A DNA stretch of 64,000 nt from contig CM075979.1 in NCBI GenBank assembly GCA_038087875.1, positions 79,732,001 to 79,796,000 of the forward strand. The letters run 5' to 3'. The notes beneath the pieces were generated by a model. The model worked only from the letters and a program-made list of their open reading frames with translations, did no database searches and was not told where the DNA came from. This document shows positions 12,160 through 24,652 of this stretch, one piece after another (position 1 is the stretch's first letter; each line of letters starts with the position of its first letter). This stretch comes from Malacoraja senta. Lineage: Eukaryota. A program made the translations under genes and the position numbers.

Positions 12160-12310
12160 AATTAGATGGCATTAGTGTCGTCTGAAATATGGCACCCCCA
12201 ACAGTGCACACCTTCAATGCTGTCCTAATGTTTTGGTCTATCAATATGTTTGTGTTTAAAATGGGGCTTGAACCTCCAAACGTGGGGAAAGATCGCTACC
12301 AATGGGGCCA
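12160..12310 (-). mobile_element. Old DeuSINE head remnant
   Basis: 'tctgaaatatggcacccccaacagtgcac...ggggcttgaacctcc...gctaccaatggggcca' resembles a reversed SacSINE1-type tRNA head. Confidence 0.5.
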
Positions 12311-13544
12311 ATCCAATTCCAATTTTGGCATAAGGTTGAAGATCCTTTGTGGCAATTCCAGCAGATCAGTCAGAGTTCTGCAGCAAATAGTAAAATCATG
12401 TTGTAATCTAAAACCAAGACTCTTTGTTGTGGGTGTCAGTCTAACCAAGATAACTGCATCTCCCCCCCCCCCCCCCCCCCCCGCCCCCCTTCATAGACAG
12501 CTGGGCCATTTTAGCTGTTTCCCTCTCTCTTTTCAGGAACCATCTCTTACCCAAGGCTGTAATCGCCTGTTTCAATTTACCTCCTGATAAACTCAAAGAT
12601 CCTAGGAACAGAATTCGGCCATTCGGCCCTTTGAGTATACTCCACCATTAAATCATGGCTGATCTATCTTTCCTTCTCAACTCCATTCTACCTCCTTCTC
12701 CCTTTAACCTTCCCAGTAATCCAATTGACCTGAGCCAACTCACCTCGCCCCACCCCCCCCTTCCCCAACCACTCTCCAGGTTCCTTTCAGAGAGTGCCGA
12801 TTGAGTCTGTTTCTACCCGCTCTACTGGAAGTAAAGTTCAGATCATTGGTATTGTTGAAGGTTTGTCCTTGCATCCCATCCCTTTTGATCATCCCTTAGA
12901 ATCTGTATGAACTGATCCTTGAACCAGAAGTATGGTAACAGTATTTAGGATTCGGGTCTAGCAATTGGTTCTTGAACTGGCATTGTGTGTGCTCAAATTC
13001 TACTACAGTAACTGAAGAATTTACCAAAATACTTGGAATTTAACGAAACTTTTTTTTAATGGCATGAAAGTGAATGATTACAATTTAGGGAGGGGACACA
13101 AAAGCGGTATATTTATGGTGTTGTGAGAGACTGCAGATGCTGGAATGTGGAGCAACAATCTGCTAGGTATGGTTGATGTTTTGTGTTGGGAAAAACTTGC
13201 ATTTGGTTTATTCAAGTCATCCCTTTTAGGATATTAGATTCTTTTCTTCATGACATTAGAATTCATTAAGGAAAAAAAATTGGCCATCCTTTAGTCTTGC
13301 TTGCATATAACATCAGCTCCTTCAATGCAGTTGACTCTTAACACTCTAGGTTCAGGGATAAGTAAGGATTGAGAATAAAGGCAGGTAGCTTCATCAACAT
13401 CTTCATCCAGTAAATGAATGAAAACAAAATATTCACTGACTTTTTCTGTTGAGCCGGTTTGCAAATTTGCTATGAAAATTCCTCTCTGCCTTCCAAAGTC
13501 TATGGAAGAACTCGCACTTCCAGATCAAGGAAATGGGGACAGTC

Positions 13545-13853
13545 GGGCGGTGCCTTACAGTCGAGTTGCTGCCTGACAGCACCAGGAACCCAGGTTCGAT
13601 CCTGACCAAGGGTTCTCTCTGTACGGAGTTTGTGCATTCTCCCTGTGACTGCGTGGGTTTTCCCCCCTGTGCTCCGGTTTTCTCCCACACTCCAAAGATG
13701 TACAGGATTGTACGTTAACTGGCTCCGGTTAAAAAAAAATAGTAACTTGTCCTTGGTGTGTAGAATAATGCGAGTGTACGGGGTGAACGCTGGTTGGTGC
13801 AGACTCATTGGGCCTGATTCTGCACTGTATCTCCAAAGTCTAAAGTAAAGTCT
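13545..13853 (+). mobile_element. HE1-type V-SINE
   Basis: B box ggttcgatcc; V-domain; tail variant (AAAGTCT)n. Confidence 0.88.
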
Positions 13854-14129
13854 ACATCAAGAACTGGCTGCTTGGCCAGTATCCTAACCCTATGCGCTTG
13901 TACTCCTGATTCAGGAATTATCCTGGCTTCTCCTGATAATTCTGTAACCTGAATTCCAACATTCAAGGAAACGGTTGAATCTTTTCTGCTGTCTCTGGCA
14001 TCTCTCTGAAAATGTAGCCTTCAGATTTTAAATGCAATGCTCTTGTTGCAGTATCCTGTGCGTTACGGAAATTTGCTACAGCCTCCCAGCTTCTGCACGT
14101 CTGTGCCTCTTTATTTATGAAGCCGCAGT

Positions 14130-14760
14130 CCCATGCGACTTGCTAATCATTCTCTCAATATGTCTTGTCACTTTTAAAGTTCCCTAAGCATGTTCATCTC
14201 TGTTCCTGTACACCCTTCAGAAACATCGTCCTTTGGTCTGCATTATATCTCCTTGTCCTTTCTGCTCAGAATTTATTTGGACTAAATTTCATCTGCCACT
14301 TTTTTTTTGCGCTCATTCTGTCAGCCTTTCTGCATTCACTTGCGGTCTTTAACTATTCACCTCCTAGATTGGTGTCATCTGCACGTTTGTGAAATATTAC
14401 TCTCTACACCCGCATCCAAGTCATTAACAAAAATCAAAGGCGGGAGTGGCCCCAGCACAGATCCCTGGAGAGCTCCACTGTCTGCCATTGTTCAGCCTGA
14501 AAAACATCGCTTACTACTGATCTCTGCTTTCTGTCCTTCAGCCAATTTTATTTTTTATCCGTGTTGCCTGTGGCCCCTTTATTCCATGGGCTTCAATTCT
14601 GTCGGAGGCTTTCATGTGGCAATTTCTCAATAGTTTCTGAAGACCCATATGGCGAAATTTCTCCTCTTCAACCTTCTCTGTTACCTGATCAAAAGTCCAA
14701 TCAAGTTAGTCAAATATAATTTTCTTTTTACAAATCTGTACTGCCACCCTTATCAACTCC
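14130..14760 (-). mobile_element. Old CR1-like RT remnant
   Basis: Reverse of 'GAPQGSVLGPLPPLIFVNDLD'-like motif at ~14410-14480. Confidence 0.6.
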
Positions 14761-15443
14761 ATCTTATCTTTGTGATTTCTCCCCCCTCCCCACCCCCTCT
14801 TTGATTATCCTTATTACACCCCTTGCAGTCCACCCCTAGGCACTGCCTATTAGTCTTGTTATCAGTAAGAACCTCAGCACAACACGACCCAAGAACCTTC
14901 AAAGAAAATATCGCACAAATAATTACTTCAATAATACATCATATCTACATCATAATTCTGAGCTGGCTTATTTTTGGAAGCTCGTCCTGTAATAGAGAGA
15001 TGAAGCACACTGGGCCAAAATCCTCAGAATGAAGAAGGTTTCTGACTGGAAACGTTGTCTGTCCACTCCCTCCGTTGATGCTTCCTGATCTGCTGAGTTC
15101 CTCCAGCATTTTGAGTCCAACTACGAGAGGTGATTGCTTACGGAGTAGAAGTAGAGATGTTTCCCGAGCTTGGGTGGGGAGATGTCGAACCAGTGGTCAC
15201 AGTCTTATAGTAAAAGGTCACTCATCCAGGATGGGGATGAGATAACAAAACTACTTAAGCCAGTGGGTATGGGATTGTCAATGGGCTGGTGTGAGTCGGT
15301 ATTTGGTCAGTGCGAGAGTCATTGGTCAATCAAAAATGATCAATTTTAAGGGAAGATTGTTTGTCTGACTGACAATTGAGGTGATAACGGTGGCAATGAG
15401 AGTTGAGTGTTTCATGTGACACGTAAGCACACTAGCTTCTTAC

Positions 15444-15641
15444 TTTTAGCTTCAGAGGTACAGTGTGGAAACAGGCCCTTCGAACCACCGAGTCCACGCC
15501 GACCAGCGATCACCCGCACACCAGTTCTAGCCTACACACTAGGGACAATTTATAATAGGCAATTAACCTACGGATTTGGAATGTGGGGGGAAAGTGGAGA
15601 AAACCCATGCGGTCACAGGGAGAACAAACTCCCTACAGACA
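15444..15641 (-). mobile_element. HE1-type V-SINE interrupted by a PLE fragment
   Basis: Tail and V-domain stop at the duplicated target. Confidence 0.8.
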
Positions 15642-15807
15642 CAAAATGCTGGAGTAACTCAGCGGGACAGGCAGCATCTCTGGAGAGAAGGAATGGGTGA
15701 CGTTTTGGGTCGAGACCCTTCTCCAGGGATACTGCCTGTCTCGCTGAGTTACTCCAGCATTTTGTGTCGGCCTTCGATTTAAACCAGCATCTGCAGTTCT
15801 TTCCTAC
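15642..15807. mobile_element. Fold-back PLE terminal element
   Basis: Inverted arms; flanked by acaaactccctacagaca (15624-15641) / acaaactccatacagaca (15808-15825). Confidence 0.85.
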
Positions 15808-15829
15808 ACAAACTCCATACAGACATCTG

Positions 15830-16560
15830 TTTGACAAAGTTCCACTTGATAGATTAATCATGACAGTGAAAGCCTGTCAGATTCAAAGGAAATGAAATGT
15901 CAGCTAAGCACCAGGTTAGTGACAGAAAGCAAAAGATAATGGTGAGAGGAAGTTTTGGTGACTGGAAGACATGCATGGGGGTCCCACAGGACACCGTTCC
16001 TGATCCTCTGCTTTCTGGGGTACACGGAAGCGCATTTAAATTTGGGCCAACAATTTGCACTTGTAGCTTGTGCCAAAGTTGGCAGTGTGGTTGATTTTAA
16101 AGAGGGAAGAAAGATGATACGGAAATATATTGATGGGTTGGTGAGGTGTGCTATACGAGTGGCAAATAGGGTTCAATTCAGAGCATTGAGGATTGGTTAT
16201 ATGAGGTGCTGCATTTGGGGAGGTCAAAGTGTGGAGGGATAAAGAGATTTGTAGGGCAGGTAGACAAGGTGGTTAAGAAGATGGCTGGGATTGTTTACGA
16301 GCTGTGGCACAGAATGCAAAGGAAGGCAGCTTGTGGTGGAATCGTACATAATGTTAGATGGGGCACAGCTGTGTCATATGTACAGTTGCAGTCAGCGCAG
16401 TGCTACAGGGAGGATGCAATCACATTGGAGAGGGTGCAGAGGAAATTTGGAGAAACGTGACGGGATCTGGAAAATTGTGTTTAATGGGTTTGTTTCATTT
16501 GGATGAGGGAGATCTTATAGCCTGTACTGCCGTGTATAAAACTGACGGCATGAGGGGTAA
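15830..16560 (+). mobile_element. Old CR1 RT fragment
   Basis: 'DRKQKIMVRGSFGDWKTCMGVPQDTV' and 'DAITLERVQRKF'. Confidence 0.8.
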
Positions 16561-16849
16561 AAGGAACTTTTAGCACAGAGTCAGTAGAAGCATTATTTTG
16601 CATTAGATTTATGTTAGTTATAACAACCCCGAAGAAGCTTCTTCAGTCCATCATGTGCATGGGAGTAATCATATAGGCTCCATTCCTCCACTCCTGATTT
16701 ATTTTCCCTGTAACAATGCAAGTCATTCCTTCTCTCACACACACACCTCATCTTCTCTTTATTTCCTGTTGCCATCAACCTACACTAAAGGGGCATACGC
16801 AGTAACCAATTAACCCTGGAACGTAGATAGATAAGTGAGGGATTGAGAT

Positions 16850-17066
16850 AAAATTAAATGAATAAATGATACTTTATTATCACATGTGATATGTGACAGT
16901 GAGTTTCTTTGTTTTGCATACGTAAGGTAAGCAAAGAGTCGCCACGTATAGGGCGCTGATGAGGTTACATAGTATTCCATTTAGTCCCCAATGGTTCCAC
17001 TGTTCTCGGCGCCCCCGCCCTCCCCCCCGCCCTCCCTCCCTCCAGACCGCGTCCCCCTTTGTACTC
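16850..17066 (-). mobile_element. Non-coding retroposon with Rex1-like 3' end
   Basis: Reverse tail 'cacatgtgataataaagtatcattt'; shares 'gagtacaaaggggga' and 'gtatgcaaaacaaaga' with 36310-36462. Confidence 0.55.
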
Positions 17067-17939
17067 AATGGTGGTAGTTAGAAGCTCATTGTCTGAAAGG
17101 TCGGTGCAAATTTAAACCTTCACCACAGTTTTAACAAAACTACCTGGTTGAGATTCGAGGAGTTTGTGGGGCCAAAAGCTGGGGCTGGAATTAACACCAA
17201 CTCCACCTTTGGTAGTATTGCCTCAATGGACCGAATGGTTCTATGAATGCATGCTGAAATCTGTCCTTGCTCCTCTCTGTTGGTCTTGAAAGCAAGAATT
17301 AAACATTGACATGGTATAAAAAAACCCTGCAAGAAATAGAAAATAAATAATTTCAGTTTCTTCTGATTAGTTGACAGGCAGAGATATACATGCACTTGTC
17401 CTTCTGACAACCTCCTTGGCAAGGAACAATGATCCTGTAATTCATTTTGGGATGTTTGCAGTAATTAGTGCACTGCCTCAACGTTATTGGGTTTGAATGG
17501 ACGTCTCTGTTAGTAGCACATGAATGCTCTCTGGAGCTGCCGTTTCTCAGCTCCACCGACCCACATTAGATCCCGACCTCGGTGCAAAGCTGCACTTTCT
17601 TCCTGTGACTGCATGGGTTCCCCCAGGTGATCTTCCGGTGTCCTCCCACATCAAGGACATGCCGGGTGGTTGGTTAGTTAGCAGCTGTCCCCTGCCAGTA
17701 GTGGAAATGGGTTTTGTGACAATTGGCTCGAAGGGCCGAATGGCCTCCTCCTGCACCTGTTTTCTATGTTTCTAAGGAGAAAAATTGTGTTGCAGTAAAT
17801 TATTAGGGTTGTGCTAGGACAACTGGCATAGACAGTGGGCAGAATGGCCTCCTTCTACATCATAAAGAAATGTGACAAATTAAATGTATAACGTGGCTTA
17901 CTGTGCCTTCTGCCCTCTGAAGGTAAGTTTGTTTTTTCC

Positions 17940-18205
17940 CGACTGAGCCACACAGTCAAGATTAAAGCCACATTTCAGAGATTTGAGGACCTAATAAAAA
18001 ATGGCGCATTGACCCAGCCCTGTTGGAGATTCCCTCATTGGGAAATGAGATGCTGAATGCTTCGTGTTTATGCTTAAAATATAACTCTATTTGAGAGGAA
18101 AATAAAGAATTCTTTCAGTGCCTTCTCTCGTATCTAAACCTCAACAAAAGCCACTAAAAGCAAGTTATCTGAACTTTCTCAGATTGGTATTGGTGGGAAC
18201 TTGCT
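17940..18205 (+). mobile_element. Old DeuSINE including Deu domain
   Basis: 'aaacctcaacaaaagccactaaaagcaagttatctgaac...ggtgggaacttgct' resembles the Deu domain as I recall it; cut by an HE1 insertion. Confidence 0.55.
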
Positions 18206-18420
18206 TTAGTTTAGTTTAGAGATACAGTGTGGAAACAGGCCCTTCAGCCCACCAGGTCCGCGCCGACCAGCAATTCCTGCACAAGGAAGCCGGAGCACTG
18301 GGAGGAAACCTATACGATCACAGGGAGAACGTGGAAACGCCACACAGACAGCTCCTGAGGTCCGGATCAAAGCCCGGTCTTCGGTGCTGTGAGGCAGCAG
18401 CTCTACTAGCTGTGCCACAG
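18206..18420 (-). mobile_element. HE1-type V-SINE (internal deletion)
   Basis: (TAAAC)n tail, V-domain, head. Confidence 0.85.
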
Positions 18421-18589
18421 TTACATTCAGAGTTTTTGTGAATGAAATTTCAAGGAAACTATTCAAACACGTAAAGACTTGCAGTCAAGTACTTGGTAAT
18501 GTAGCCAGCAGTACAAGATTGCCCAAAGATAGACCATTATAAACCTTTAGTGAACACAACAAAGATTCCTTTATTTCGAAAGGATGAGG

Positions 18590-18868
18590 AGTGGCACAGT
18601 GGTAGAGTTGCTGCTTTACAGCGCCAGAGACTCGAGTTCGTTCCTGACTACAGGTACTTTCTGTGCGGAGTTTGTACGTTCGCCCCGTGACCACGTGGGT
18701 TTTCTCCGGGTGCTCCGGTTTTCTCCCACACTCCAAAGACATGCAGGTTTGTAAGTTAATTGACTTTGGTTAAATTGTCTCTAAGGTGTGGGATAGAACT
18801 AGTAGACGGGGGTGACTCGGTGGCCCGAAAGGTCAGTTTCCACATAGTATCTCTCAGTTAAACTAAAC
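18590..18868 (+). mobile_element. HE1-type V-SINE
   Basis: A box tggcacagtgg, B-box-like agttcgttcc, V-domain, tail taaactaaac. Confidence 0.9.
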
Positions 18869-19470
18869 ATAATGGGTAATCAAGTTCATCTTTGGCCTTG
18901 GCTGAGGCCCAGTTTAACTGGCAGCAAACACTGCTGGTGGATCGTTCAGCCCCACTGCAGAGTGGCTCCTTTCCAAGATGAGACCAGCAAAGCTGCCGCG
19001 GTTGCCCTGGCAATGGCACCAGCGATGCGCTTCACCGAGACCTCTCCTTGGTGCATCCCAGGGACTCGGCCTCATCACGAGCAGCCTGATCCCTTTCCCT
19101 ATCCCGAGGGTGAAGATGCAAAGCCCAAGAATTAATGTGCATGGCACAGGATCTTAGATGCTGCTTTATAATGGGGTTTATTTGTGACCCGGGTCATTTC
19201 ATGTCAGCATATTAGTGGAGCTTAAATCAATAGCTGACTTTTAAAAGCCTACTAAGATCCAAATACAAGCTCTAAGCTTGAAAGCATAATTCCTTTATTC
19301 TGAGGCTAAAGCTGTTTTGGCTAGGTTACAGATATAGTGTTTAGATCAAGTCCCTAAAGGATTGTTATACAGTAAAAGCTTCATCATCTCTTAAGGGTGC
19401 AGGAACGGTTGTCCCTGGATCTTGCTTTCATTAAAAGAAGTGCTTTCACAATTCTTCATTCTGAAGATAC

Positions 19471-19872
19471 ATTTTTTCCCAAAATTAATCTTTATTCACG
19501 ATTAAAAAATATACACAAAACAAACACACTGCAAAAACTCCTCATTAATTCTCAGTGTTTATACATTCAACAGTATCATATTCAGTAGTGTTTGCACTTA
19601 TCTTTAAATAAAACATTCTGGCCACTAGTGGTCCCCTGGGCTAATATCCCTTCCCTTGTTTGAGGGGAGTGTCCAGCAGTGGAAGGACCCCTAGACTGTG
19701 GTCATTCCACCACAGAACCTTGGTGTTGGTTGCACTGGGCTTCAGTGTGTCCTTCAGCACATAATCTTCAACAATGTTCCCTGATGGATATCTCAGTCCG
19801 CTGGGAGACCAACATGGGTCGGGCAGACCAAAGGGCATCTTTCACCGAGTTGCTGATCTACCAGCAGCATTC
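19471..19872 (-). mobile_element. Tx1-clade LINE 3' fragment
   Basis: Minus-strand peptide 'NSVKDALWSAR...DYVLKDTLKPSATNTKVLW' matches the Tx1 ORF2 end; AATAAA and A-rich tail near 19471-19495. Confidence 0.8.
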
Positions 19873-19875
19873 TGA

Positions 19876-20015
19876 TACATTTGGACAGGTCCATAGATCG
19901 GAAGGGTTGAGAGGGATATGGGCCAAACGCAGTCCAATGGGAGTAGCTCAGGAATATACCATGTTCGGCATGGATGAGTTGGGCCAAAGGATCTGTTTCC
20001 ATACCGCATGACTTT
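19876..20015 (+). mobile_element. CR1 3' end
   Basis: 'catttggacaggtcc...gagggatatgggccaaacgc...ttgggccaaaggatctgtttcc'. Confidence 0.8.
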
Positions 20016-20380
20016 AAGAGAGAGTCTTTTATTAAGTTCTTCATGGCAAACCTGTTTTGATGCCATTTTCCTGTCCTCTTTGTTTAGTTTAGTTGAGAAG
20101 TACAGCACAGAAACAAGCCCTTCTGGCGCTGTAAGACAGTGACTACCTTTTCATCGCCATTGGTTGCACATTTTGACAGCTTGTATGAAGTTTTGCAACC
20201 AACTGTTGGTGGCTTTGATAGAATCAGTGATGGATGGATGAAAAAAGCACCTTTAATCCTTCATGCGTGGCTTTAAATAGAAAGAAGGAACATTGGTACC
20301 TCCTGGGATATATAATGCATGTAATAAACACCCTTTACTCTGATGCAGCAAGTGCCATCATATATAGGAAGGAGAATGAA

Positions 20381-20727
20381 GAGTCATAGAGTGATACGGT
20401 GTGGAAACAGGCCCTTAGGCCCAACTTGCCCACACCGGCCAACATGTCCCAGCTACACTAGTCCCACCTGGTCCATCTCCCTCCAAACCTGTCCTAGCCA
20501 TGTACCCGTCTAACTGTTTGTTAAACGTTGGGATAGTCCCAGCCTCAACTACCTCCTCTGGCAGCTTGTCCCATACACCCACCACCCTTTGTGTGAAAAA
20601 GTTACCCCTCAGATTCCTATTAAATCTTTTCCCCTCCACCTTAAACCCATCTCCTCTGGTCCTCGAATCGCCTGCTCTGGGCAAGAGACTCTGCATCTAC
20701 CCAATCTATTCCTCTCATGATTTTATA
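20381..20727 (-). mobile_element. CR1 3' fragment
   Basis: 'SRTRGDGFKVEGKRFNRNLRGNFFTQRVVGVWDKLPEEVVEA'; (TCTATGAC) tail. Confidence 0.92.
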
Positions 20728-21292
20728 CAGAAAAAAGAGACGAAAAATAAAAGCTAAAACTAAGATTGTCACTTGAGGGATTGAGTTTAGAAGCTTTGGT
20801 CTTGCGCTTTGGTTGGTTGGCTCTTTGATGTGTGCATCAGCCGTTGTGAAGAATGGGAGGAAATAAATTAATCTCATTAACCACACGTCTCCTGGTAATG
20901 TTAGAAATGCTGTCTTGGATGTCCAAATAGACCTGTCATGTTAATAGCTTGAGGTGAGGCTATCAGTTACAATCCACAATGTTGTGCCTTAAAGGTTTAA
21001 CTGCATTGTATAATCTGTCATATTCTCTTACTTAAGCAATTAATCTGAAGCCAAAGAAAACCTTGTAGCCTCTTATCACCTCTTGGCACACTTCATACGG
21101 AGTTATTAATACATATGTTACGGCTACAAAGAAATAACTGCAAACACCAATTTCCGACAGACGGCAATGCAATTAATATATTTTGCCTGGGTGAAGTATT
21201 TGCCAAGGGCCTCTTCGCAAAGTGACGGGGGGATCGGCAGTTTGATTTCCACTGTTTAGTTGCCAAACCAAAGAAGAGGTTCCAGACTCGTA

Positions 21293-21572
21293 AAGTCATA
21301 GAGTCTTACAGCACAGAAACAGGCCATTCGGCTCAGCTTGCCCACAACGGCCAACATGTCCCATCTACATTAGTCCCACCTGGCTGCATTTGACCCATTT
21401 CTTTCTAAACCTGTCCAATCCATGTACCTGCCTAAATATTACTTAAACGTTGCGATGGTGCCTCCCTCAACTACCTCCGCCGGCAGCTCGTTCCATACAC
21501 CCACCACTCTTTGCATGAATAAGTTACCCCTCGGCTTCCTTTTAAATCTTTCCCCCCCCTCACCTTCAACCT
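21293..21572 (-). mobile_element. CR1 3' fragment
   Basis: Same subfamily as 20381-20727. Confidence 0.88.
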
Positions 21573-21761
21573 ATTAACCTACTCAAGTGCAAGTGACTTC
21601 CAATGTTTATGATCTGATTATAAACTGATAATAATCTGATTATAAACTCCAAACTGATCGCAACTCTAAAACGATTTAATTTCCATAACGACATTCGGCT
21701 AGTTGCATCCATTTGCTCTGAGAGATTTTTGTCCAAGAATCCAGGAGACAAACAGACACAA

Positions 21762-22037
21762 TTTAGTTTAGTTTAGTTTATTGTCATGTGTACCGAGGTA
21801 CAGTGAAAAGCTTTTTGTTGCGTGCTATCCAGTCAGCGGAACGAGAATGCATGATTACAATCAAGCTGTCTACAGTGTACAGATACAGGATATAGGGCAT
21901 AACATATAGTGCAAGGTAAGGTCCGATTAAAGATAGTCCAAGGATCTCCAATGAGATAGATGGTAGCTCAGGACCGCTCTCTAGTTGTTGATAGGATGGT
22001 TCAGTTGCCTGATGTCAGCTCAGAAGAAGCTGTCCTT
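21762..22037 (-). mobile_element. Rex1/Babar LINE 3' UTR
   Basis: Same 3' UTR as the ORF-bearing copy at 49348-49775; (TAAAC)n tail. Confidence 0.8.
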
Positions 22038-22811
22038 AACAGCTGTAAACAACTCCATTCCAATAAAGCTACTCTACTGAATGAAGTAAATGTTTTTTTG
22101 TTATATGCTGAAATTTAAAATCGGTTTATGCACAGGTGCAGAACTGGATACATTAAGATGTACGTTTTTTTCTGATGAAACTCTTCTTCATCTGTACTAA
22201 CGGAACTGCACCACTTAATTGCTTCTACAAATATCTTCTATTGCATGAAACATTTGTTCTAAAACCCTGCCTGACTATACTGGTTTGTGAATGATTGTGG
22301 TTACGCAAATTAAGTCTGAAATGCGAATTCAATTCATAAACTTAATGCAACTTGAGAGTGAACTGTACCCAAAGTGGAAAATATAACCCAGGATCTTTAA
22401 CCTCCTTCTGGGCAGTTCAATGAAGGAGGAAGGACCTTGGTCTATCTTTGTCCTCTTGAAATGTGATTGTACATAGCGCAAAGTTATGCTCGTCTCTTGA
22501 CCTCCTGATTTAGATAGAATGGTACTATCCACTGACTCGAGAGCAAAGTAATATTTTTAATTATCCAAACACAAGCATGAAGTGCCCAAATGATTATTTA
22601 ATGTCCTTCATGAATACCTTTCAATGGTTGAGGAAAGGATTAAAAAAATGTAATCTTTTCGTAAATCTGATTTACTTAGCCATTTTCATCTTTTGGTTAA
22701 ATCCTTTGAGCTTAATACAAAACAGTCTCATAGGATCCTGACTTGTGTCCAGTTTGGTGCCAAGTCTGGTTGAACTTTCTTAACATGCTATTTCCCCTCA
22801 GATGACACTAA

Positions 22812-23008
22812 AGGGCCTGTCCCACTTGGGCGTCATTTACGCATCATCATTTACGCGTCACGACATGATGCGCGCATGGCGTGCGGTGAGGCGTAGTGGC
22901 GTAGGTAGTGGCGTGTGGTCGTGAGCGCGCCCCAGGATTTTGGGATTCACAAAGTCTTCGCTCGCCACCTGCGTGACGCGCAAATGACGCCCAAGTAGGA
23001 CAGGCCCC
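22812..23008. mobile_element. PIF/Harbinger-type MITE (family A)
   Basis: ~30-bp TIR gggcctgtcccacttgggcgtcatttacgc / gcgcaaatgacgcccaagtaggacaggccc; TAA on both sides (22809-22811, 23009-23011). Confidence 0.88.
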
Positions 23009-23021
23009 TAAATTAACATTA

Positions 23022-23327
23022 GGGGCAGCACAGTGGCACAGCAGTAGAGTTGCTGCCTTACAGCGCCAGAGACCCGGGTTCGATCCTGTACAGGGTTTGT
23101 TCTCCCCGTGACCTGCGTAGGTTTTCTCCGGCTGCTCTGGTTTCCTCCCACACTCCAGAGATCTGCAGGTTTGTAGGTTAATTGGCTTGGTAAAAATTAT
23201 CAATTGTCCCGAGTGTGTGAAGGATTGCGTTAGTATGCGGGGGTCGCAGGTCGGCGCGGACTCGGTGGACCTGTTTCCGGCTGGCCGAAGGACCTGTTTC
23301 CATGGCTGTATCTCTAAACGAAACTAA
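23022..23327 (+). mobile_element. HE1-type V-SINE, full length
   Basis: A box, B box ggttcgatcc, V-domain, tail. Confidence 0.9.
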
Positions 23328-23924
23328 GCATGGAGCTCAAAAAATGTAGTGTAATCTTATCTATAGATGGTGACAAATGAATTGAATTGTGATTAAAATG
23401 TAATGCATATCAATTGTATTGAATAAAGTATTCAAGCTCCCACCCTCAGCAAGCCTAATGAAGGTCAAGACACTAGAGTAGACTTGGGAGAATTTCCTTG
23501 AATTGCTCTTCCTTCCTTTCAGTGCCATCATCCCTGTGGAGGGGAGATGGAGTTTTTGCCCCAGGGTGTAACAGTCTGCTGCTCTGATTATGGTGACACG
23601 TTGAAAGGTAGGAATATCCTGTAAACATCTGTCAGGTACATGTAGCCCGGCATTTGTTAATGTTGTCAAGGTTTTTGCAAGCCCTAAAGTGAGAAAATGA
23701 TCTTGGATGAACTTGAAAGTTCAAGATTTTAGCAGTCACATTTGGCCTGGCAGCTTCCAAACAGTGAAACACATACATTTTTAGAGCACAGCCTTTGTAT
23801 GACTTGGGAGTAGCACGGGAACTGAAACGCTCCCTTTGGGCTAATTTCTTAGTGTGCATAAATGTGGGCCATCGATTATTGCCCTCGTGTATGCGGAGGT
23901 GAGCAGCCTCTTGGATGGCAATTG

Positions 23925-24057
23925 TTTGTGGGAGGAAACCGGAGCACCCGGGGAAAACCCACGTGGTCACAGAGAGAACGTACAAACTGTACAGGCAGCA
24001 CCCGTACTCGGGATCGAACTGTAAGGCAGCAACTCTACCACTGCGCCACCGTGCTGC
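23925..24057 (-). mobile_element. HE1-type V-SINE, 5' half
   Basis: V-domain and head only. Confidence 0.85.
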
Positions 24058-24447
24058 TAAGTCACCTTTGTTATGTTGGAACTCGGGCATCCAGTCTGTA
24101 CACAGAAAGATCACTGAAATAGCAATTTGACGATGACCTGATGATTTTTTATGTCGTAGCATTGACAGAAGGATAAAGGTCAGCTTGAATACCAGGTAGA
24201 ATTCCACATCTCTCTTAGGGTAGATGGCCTCTCAGTTAGATGCACTGTCAGTACTTCCATTGGCTCAGCAGGCTTTCATAACCATGCAGATGAATTATGC
24301 TGCCAAGTGTTTAGGTAAAAATGAAACCTGCCCTTTCTGATTCTAGGACACCAGTATGATAACTAATCCATAATGGAATTGACTCTCAATTTGATGTTGA
24401 CTGTCAATTTGACAGAGATATCATAATCTATGGTTAAATCGTCAGCA

Positions 24448-24652
24448 AATCACAAAGTGCTGGAGAAACACGGCAGGTCAGGCAGCATCTGTGGAGGGAA
24501 TGGTTTGATAATATTTCTTCAGACTGAAGATTAGTGGTCCTGACCCAATACGTCACCTGTCCATTCTCTGCACAGATGCTGCCTGACCTGTTGAGTCCAC
24601 CAGCACTTTGTGTTTTGCTCAAGATGCCAGCACCTGTAGTTTCTAGTGTCTC
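24448..24652. mobile_element. Older fold-back PLE terminal element
   Basis: Arms cacaaagtgctgg...ggcagcatctgtg / cacagatgctgcc...ccagcactttgtg around 'tcttcagactgaaga'. Confidence 0.75.

Noticed and set aside
17915-17930. Consensus splice donor AAG/GTAAGT at 17923
   Set aside because: No convincing upstream acceptor or coding frame; one donor match is expected by chance in 64 kb.
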